A stretch of DNA of 32,000 nucleotides from an uncultured Opitutales bacterium (lineage in GTDB: Bacteria; Verrucomicrobiota; Verrucomicrobiia; Opitutales; Intestinicryptomonadaceae), in the NCBI GenBank assembly GCA_934660865.1, contig CAKUIA010000010.1:1-32000 (forward strand), written 5' to 3'. A program made the position numbers and the translations under genes. How positions within the stretch are numbered: the first letter of the stretch is position 1; each line of letters begins with the position of its first letter. A model generated the notes under the pieces. It had not been told where the DNA came from. It worked only from the letters and a program-made list of their open reading frames with translations, and did no database searches. Of the stretch, positions 27,160 to 32,000 are shown in pieces.

Positions 27160-27193
27160 AAAAAAATTCCATACTTTTTTGAAGGTACGGAAT
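27160..27193 (-). terminator. Rho-independent terminator after the EBP gene
   Basis: On the minus strand, ATTCCGTAC-(10-nt loop)-GTATGGAAT forms a 9-bp stem with one G-U pair. A T6 run follows, 13 nt after the EBP stop. Confidence 0.7.
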
Positions 27194-27205
27194 TTTATTT
27201 GTGCA

Positions 27206-28861
27206 TTACGAGTTTAGCGCGTTCGAATTTTTCTTCATCAACATTCTCTTTTTTATAAAGTAGGGCGACGACCTGTTTTTAAACCATTCAAGTTTAATGC
27301 CGAACTTTTTGATTTTGTAGTTGATAATTCGCTGGGTTATGTTCAGGTGTTTTGCCGCCAGCGAGGCGTTGCCCTTGTGCAGTTTCAAGGCCTCGGTAAT
27401 AAGCTCGCGCTCGAACGAATTTACCATGGAGGTAAAGTCGGTTTCGCTTTCGCTGGGAACTTTTGCCGATTCGGTAGACTGCCCCGTTTGCAGCGACGGC
27501 GGCAGATTGTAGCCTAAAATAACCTTGCTTGTTGCCGAAATAACCGCGCGTTCTATGCAGTTTTCAAGCTCCCTTACGTTGCCCGGCCAGTGGTAGGCCA
27601 TAAGCATATTTATTGCGGGGGTGGAAATGCGCTCTATTTTTTTGCCGTTTTCGGCCGCGTATTTTTCTATGAAAAATTCGGAAAGCAAAATTATGTCGCT
27701 GCGTCTGTTCCTAAGCGGGGGAATTGTTATTTTAAAGGGCGAAATTTGCGCGTATAAGTCCTCCAAAAACATTCCGTTTTTTACAAGCTCTTCAAGGTCG
27801 TAGCTTGTAGACATTATAATCCTTACATTGGCTCTGCGCTCCTCCGAAGAGCCCAGCCTGCGGTAGCTTTTGTCCTGCAAAAGGGTTTTCAGTCTCGCCT
27901 GGTTTTCCTTCGACAGCTGGCCTATTTCGTCTATGAAAAGCGTGCCCGCTTCGGCCTTTTCTACAAGGCCCTTCTTGCGCGAAGTAGCCCCCTCGAAAGC
28001 CCCTTTTTCGTATCCGAAAAGCTCGGCCGCAAACAGAGTGTCGCTTAGCGCGTACGAGTGCGCCGCGCAGTAGCATTTGTTCCATTCGCGCGAGGCCCGC
28101 CAAATTGCGCGGCTTATAAGGTCTTTGCCCGTGCCCGATTCGCCGTTTATAAGCACGGGAATGTCGCTGTTGGCGAACTGGTTTATGTCTCTGTAGATTT
28201 TGCGCATTGCGCTGCAGTTGCCTATAAGGTCGGCGGGGCGCTTGTCGTCCAGCTCCGATTTAAGGCGGTTGTTTTCCTCTATAAGCTTTTCGCGTTCTTC
28301 GTTGTATAAAAACAGCACCGACACGGCTTCGGCAATGATGTTCGAAACGGTTTCAAGCAGGCATAAATCCCTGCCCAAATTTGCGTTTGCGTCCAGCTTT
28401 CTGTCTATGCTCATTGTGCCGATAACTTCGCCCAAGTGCATAATGGGCACGCAGATAAAGGCTATGTTGTGCTTGCCGTCCCTTGTTTTTGTGCGGTTTA
28501 AAAAGTCGGAAGACTCCGCAATATTCGGCACAATTCTCGACTTGCCCGTTTGGGCAACCTTGCCCGTTACGCCTTCGCCTATTCGGTATATGCCGCGCTT
28601 TATTTCCTCTTCGGTCATTCCGTGCGAGGCTTCTATCATCAGAATATCGCCCTGCTTTAGGGTAATTGTTCCCCTTTGCAAATCCATTTCGCGGTAGAGA
28701 ATTTCCAAAACCTCTTTCAGCAAAAGCGAAACGTCTTTTTTTGTGGCAACGGCGTAGCTGATTTTATGCAAAACCTCGACTTCCAGATTCTTTGTGCGTC
28801 TGGAGCTTTCCCATGCCTCTCGCACGGCCTCTACCGAATACATATTGGGGTTTTGTTTCAC
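27206..28861 (-). CDS. NifA-like bacterial enhancer-binding protein (GAF - AAA+ sigma-54 interaction domain - Fis HTH) with variant GAFEGA loop
   Basis: It has an N-terminal GAF domain, Walker A GESGTGK, Walker [10 protein letters not shown], sensor [14 protein letters not shown], and a C-terminal HTH ([26 protein letters not shown]). The ORF start at 28861 is GTG; the first ATG is at 28843. Confidence 0.9.
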   Translation of the reverse strand: MKQNPNMYSVEAVREAWESSRRTKNLEVEVLHKISYAVATKKDVSLLLKEVLEILYREMDLQRGTITLKQGDILMIEASHGMTEEEIKRGIYRIGEGVTGKVAQTGKSRIVPNIAESSDFLNRTKTRDGKHNIAFICVPIMHLGEVIGTMSIDRKLDANANLGRDLCLLETVSNIIAEAVSVLFLYNEEREKLIEENNRLKSELDDKRPADLIGNCSAMRKIYRDINQFANSDIPVLINGESGTGKDLISRAIWRASREWNKCYCAAHSYALSDTLFAAELFGYEKGAFEGATSRKKGLVEKAEAGTLFIDEIGQLSKENQARLKTLLQDKSYRRLGSSEERRANVRIIMSTSYDLEELVKNGMFLEDLYAQISPFKITIPPLRNRRSDIILLSEFFIEKYAAENGKKIERISTPAINMLMAYHWPGNVRELENCIERAVISATSKVILGYNLPPSLQTGQSTESAKVPSESETDFTSMVNSFERELITEALKLHKGNASLAAKHLNITQRIINYKIKKFGIKLEWFKNRSSPYFIKKRMLMKKNSNALNS

Positions 28862-28914
28862 GCGGTAAATATTGCCCGTTTATTTTTTTCTCTTCAACAA
28901 AAAAACTACAATAA

Positions 28915-28928
28915 TGTAAAATTTTACA
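28915..28928. repeat. Perfect 14-bp palindrome TGTAAAATTTTACA in the divergent EBP/transporter intergenic region
   Basis: Self-complementary when read directly. Operator-like, with no known regulator. Confidence 0.55.
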
Positions 28929-28940
28929 ACATCGAAATAT

Positions 28941-28964
28941 TATCCGATTTAAACAGGTCGGATA
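28941..28964. repeat. Inverted repeat TATCCGA-N10-TCGGATA
   Basis: 7-bp perfect arms at 28941-28947 and 28958-28964, read directly. It lies 39 nt upstream of the candidate transporter start. Confidence 0.5.
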
Positions 28965-29002
28965 TTGTTGACGCAGAAAGTCTTTTTTGCAAAAAAGGGC
29001 TA

Positions 29003-30505
29003 ATGTTAAATACGAAAATGAAGAAGGTATTTTTAACAGCTGTTATTTTGGCGGGGTTTGTATGCGCGGCAAACGCGGTAGGGCAATTTCCGTTGCCGAT
29101 ATCCGAGTACGGAGCGCAAAGCGAGTGTCTGTGGCGCACATTGGGCGACAGAATAAAAAAAGACCCCTTTAATTTGTGGGCGGCGCTTATATTCTTTTTG
29201 GCGATAGTACACACTTTTATATGCCCCTTTTTCGAGTCGCTGTCGAAAAAGGTGGCGCGCAGGTACTCCAACAAGTTGGAGCCCCTTATACGCAGCGGCA
29301 AGCTGCCCCATAAAAGGCGCGTAAGCCTTTTGGCTACGGCGCTGCACTATATGGGCGAAATAGAAACGGTTTTCGCCATTTGGCTTATACCGCTTTTTGC
29401 CGCCATTGTTTTCTTTAAGGGGCATTCGGCGCTGCTTGAATACCTAAATTCGCTAATGTATACGGAAAAGAAGTTTACGGAGCCCGCCTTTGTAATTGTT
29501 ATTATGACCATTTCGGCCACGCGCCCCGTAATAAGGCTGGCCGAAGACTTGATAGGCTTTTTTGCACGTATAGGCTCGGCAACCCCCGCCGCCTGGTGGT
29601 GCGCCATCTTGATAATAGGGCCCCTTTTGGGCTCGTTTATAACCGAGCCTGCGGCGATAACCATTTCGGCAATGCTTTTGCATAAAAAGATATTCAAGCT
29701 AAGGCCGTCGGGGCATTTTAAGTACTACACGCTTGCCGTGCTGCTCGCGTCGATTTCGGTGGGGGGAACCCTTACCCATTTTGCCGCTCCGCCGGTGTTG
29801 ATGATTGCCACAAAATGGGATTGGGGCTTTTTGTATATGCTCGAGAACTTCGGGCTAAGCGCGGTTATAGGCATTGTTATTTGCGTTGTTGTAGGGCGCT
29901 TTGCGTTTGCAAAAGACTTTGCCTATATGGCGAAAATGCACAGCGATTTGGATATGGGCAAAAAGCGCGAGTCGGTTACGGTGAAATTCATAATGATGGC
30001 GCACGTTTTCTTTTTGGCATATTCGGTTATGTTTTTGCACCACATTGTGCTTTTGTGCTTCGGCTTTTTGCTTTTCCTTGCGTTTGTAGAGGGCACGGCG
30101 CAATACCAAAATAAGGTGTCGCTGCGAAGCCCCGTTTTGGTGGGGCTGTTCCTTACGGGGCTGGTTATACACGGCGGTTTGCAGGCTTGGTGGATAGAGC
30201 CTTTGCTGGGCCGCATGGGCAAGGATATGATATTTTTCGGCTCGATGATTTTAAGCGCGTTTAACGACAACGCCGCAATTACATATTTGGCCTCGCTTGT
30301 TCCGAATCTGTCGGAGACTATGAAGTATATGGTTGTTGCGGGCGCAGTTTCGGGCGGCGGGCTTACCATTATTGCAAACGCGCCCAATCCCGCGGGCGTG
30401 TCGATATTGTCGCCCTGCTTTAAAAACGGCGTTTCGCCGGTTATGCTGCTGCTTTATGCGCTGTTTCCCGCCGCAGTTATGGTGGGGTGCTTTATGCTGT
30501 TTTAG
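29003..30505 (+). CDS. Uncharacterised polytopic membrane protein, possibly DUF1504 / putative Na+/H+ antiporter (ion-transporter superfamily-like)
   Basis: About 500 aa with at least 10 hydrophobic helices. Two re-entrant-like motifs are present (GSFITEPAA in the first half, IIANAPNPAG in the second). The track ORF from 28676 overlaps the EBP gene and is over-extended. The start is ATG 29003 or 29018. Confidence 0.6.
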   Translation: MLNTKMKKVFLTAVILAGFVCAANAVGQFPLPISEYGAQSECLWRTLGDRIKKDPFNLWAALIFFLAIVHTFICPFFESLSKKVARRYSNKLEPLIRSGKLPHKRRVSLLATALHYMGEIETVFAIWLIPLFAAIVFFKGHSALLEYLNSLMYTEKKFTEPAFVIVIMTISATRPVIRLAEDLIGFFARIGSATPAAWWCAILIIGPLLGSFITEPAAITISAMLLHKKIFKLRPSGHFKYYTLAVLLASISVGGTLTHFAAPPVLMIATKWDWGFLYMLENFGLSAVIGIVICVVVGRFAFAKDFAYMAKMHSDLDMGKKRESVTVKFIMMAHVFFLAYSVMFLHHIVLLCFGFLLFLAFVEGTAQYQNKVSLRSPVLVGLFLTGLVIHGGLQAWWIEPLLGRMGKDMIFFGSMILSAFNDNAAITYLASLVPNLSETMKYMVVAGAVSGGGLTIIANAPNPAGVSILSPCFKNGVSPVMLLLYALFPAAVMVGCFMLF

Positions 30506-30512
30506 CAAAAGG

Positions 30513-31871
30513 CTACTTTAGCAATACATTGTCGAGATATTTCAGCGCGCCGTCTATGTCGAAGAACTTCCCGTCGAGTTGGGCTTCGTAGGCGGCGCTT
30601 AAAATTTGCGAAAACTTCGGCGAAGGCTTTAGTTTGCGCTCTATAAGGTGCCTTCCCAGCAATATGGGCTTTGGGGCCGAGTCTTTTATCTTCAGCTCCT
30701 CGGCTCTCGACAAAATCCATTCGCCCTGCGGCGAGCTTTCCGTATATTTTTCGGCGCGGCCCTCGCGGTCGGCCTTGTCTATGCGCACAAGCCTGTCTAT
30801 GCGGCCCACTTTGTTTGCAAGCCTGCGTATTGCCGAGTCTCCCGCATTCGAGCGCCACAAATCCAAAATAGCCATGTGTCTTTCGACCAAAACTTTTACG
30901 CCGTCGAGCAAAACTTTTTCGTCGCTAATGCGCCTTAAAAATTTTTCGGCCACGGGGCCTCCCAAAATGTCGTGCCCAAGCGAGCGTATGCGCCCCGAGG
31001 CGTCTTTTTTTGTGCAGAGGGGTTTGCCCATGTCGTGGCATAAAACGGCAAGGCCCACAATGGTGTCCTCCTTTTCGTCTCCAATGCGGTCGCGCGCAAA
31101 AGAGTCCATGCAAAGCATTGTGTGGGTGTACACATCGCCTTCCGGGTGCCAAACGGGGTCTTGCGGGCAGCCAACCATTGCCGAAAGCTCGGGGAAATAT
31201 TTTACCCACTTGCAGTCCCTTAAAAACGCAAGGCCCCTCGAAATTTTTTTGCCCTTTAAAATAAGCTTTTTAAATTCCTGAAAAATCCTTTCTTTCGGCA
31301 GGTTTTCCATCGGTATTTTCGAGCAAAGCTCCACCGTTTGCGGGGCAACTTCAAAGTCGAAACGCGCGGCAAACTGCATTGCCCTAAGCACGCGCAGGGG
31401 GTCTTCGGCAAACTTGTCGGAGGTGTGCCTTATAATTTTCCCCGCAAGGTCTTTTTGCCCGTCGAAAGGGTCTGTTATTTCGCCGCTTAAAATGTCGCGC
31501 AGCATTGCGTTTATGGTAAAGTCGCGGCGCGAGCACGCCTCTTTCGGCGAAAGGTATGGGTCGCCAATAATGTCGAACGACTTGTGGCCCAGCCCGTTTT
31601 TGCGCTCCTTTCGGGGCATGCTTACGTCTATGTCCAGCCCCTTTAAAATCCACACCCCAAAGCTTTTGCCGACGGCCTCGAAACGGAATTTTTTAGACAA
31701 AATTTCCTCTATCTGCCCGGGGTTTAGGCCGAAAATCTCCACATCGGTATCTTTCGACTTTATCCCCAAAAGCGAGTCTCTTACGCAGCCGCCCACATAG
31801 TAGGCGCGCCCGCCAAAAGCTGCGGCTTGCGTTGCAATATATCGGCACGCGTCTTTGCTACTGAACGTCAT
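30513..31871 (-). CDS. cca: Multifunctional CCA-adding enzyme (class II nucleotidyltransferase with HD domain)
   Basis: 452 aa with the motifs YYVGGCVRDSLLG, DTDVEIFG, RRDFTINA and EDPLRVLRA, and an HD phosphohydrolase motif LCHDMGKP. Confidence 0.92.
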   Translation of the reverse strand: MTFSSKDACRYIATQAAAFGGRAYYVGGCVRDSLLGIKSKDTDVEIFGLNPGQIEEILSKKFRFEAVGKSFGVWILKGLDIDVSMPRKERKNGLGHKSFDIIGDPYLSPKEACSRRDFTINAMLRDILSGEITDPFDGQKDLAGKIIRHTSDKFAEDPLRVLRAMQFAARFDFEVAPQTVELCSKIPMENLPKERIFQEFKKLILKGKKISRGLAFLRDCKWVKYFPELSAMVGCPQDPVWHPEGDVYTHTMLCMDSFARDRIGDEKEDTIVGLAVLCHDMGKPLCTKKDASGRIRSLGHDILGGPVAEKFLRRISDEKVLLDGVKVLVERHMAILDLWRSNAGDSAIRRLANKVGRIDRLVRIDKADREGRAEKYTESSPQGEWILSRAEELKIKDSAPKPILLGRHLIERKLKPSPKFSQILSAAYEAQLDGKFFDIDGALKYLDNVLLK

Positions 31872-32000
31872 ATACCGTTATTTTTGCCCGATATTTTTTA
31901 AGATAGTCTTGTGCGAATTTAACGTGGATAGGGTCGTTAAGATACTGCGAAAGCGTTTGCTGGTCTTTGCACTGAACGCACAAGGCGGCGGCGAAAGTGT
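31858..32000 (-). CDS. Partial CDS (3' end): Dabb / stress-responsive alpha-beta-barrel family protein
   Basis: My manual minus-strand translation gives ...TFAAALCVQCKDQQTLSQYLNDPIHVKFAQDYLKKYRAKITVYDVQ*, with no stops up to the window edge. The pattern (...YL..P.H..F......) resembles Dabb domains. The stop at 31858-31860 overlaps the cca start by 14 nt. It is not in the supplied ORF track because the 5' end lies outside the window. Confidence 0.45.
   Translation of the reverse strand, partial: TFAAALCVQCKDQQTLSQYLNDPIHVKFAQDYLKKYRAKITVYDVQ

Overview
This is a compact chromosomal segment from a diderm, LPS-making bacterium. I cannot assign the taxon. The LpxC-FabZ fusion and weak Shine-Dalgarno usage would fit an FCB-like or related lineage. 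About 36 protein genes fill nearly all of the 32 kb, and I saw no rRNA, tRNA or CRISPR array. Most of the content is housekeeping: clpB; an rsuA/rluB-like gene followed by ribBA-ribH-nusB-ftsY-aroB-tatD-tcdA; rsmD; folP-folB-folK-rsmI-ppx; obg; lpxC/fabZ-lpxA; and cca. The genes are packed with many 4-nt ATGA start/stop overlaps. Five parts are less ordinary. (1) An ISL3 transposase relic sits at the left edge, next to a perfect sigma-54 -24/-12 box that abuts the clpB start codon. (2) A secreted GH2 glycosidase is bracketed by strong hairpin terminators. (3) A six-gene TonB2-type energiser module (DUF3450/TtpB-like, long MotA/TtpC-like, ExbB, ExbD, TonB, TPR/TtpD-like) follows an LpxR/DUF2219-like outer-membrane protein. 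It has no TonB-dependent receptor in view and runs straight into the folate genes. (4) A GAF-AAA+-HTH enhancer-binding protein carries GAFEGA instead of the GAFTGA sigma-54 contact loop. It is divergent from an uncharacterised polytopic membrane protein and is followed by sixA and a GT2 polyprenol-phosphate glycosyltransferase. (5) RibBA has a cyclohydrolase II half that has lost all three zinc-ligand cysteines. I found no convincing stand-alone novel system such as a defence island. The sigma-54/EBP observations and the receptor-less TonB2 module are the best candidates for follow-up. All family assignments come from motif recognition by eye, not from database searches.
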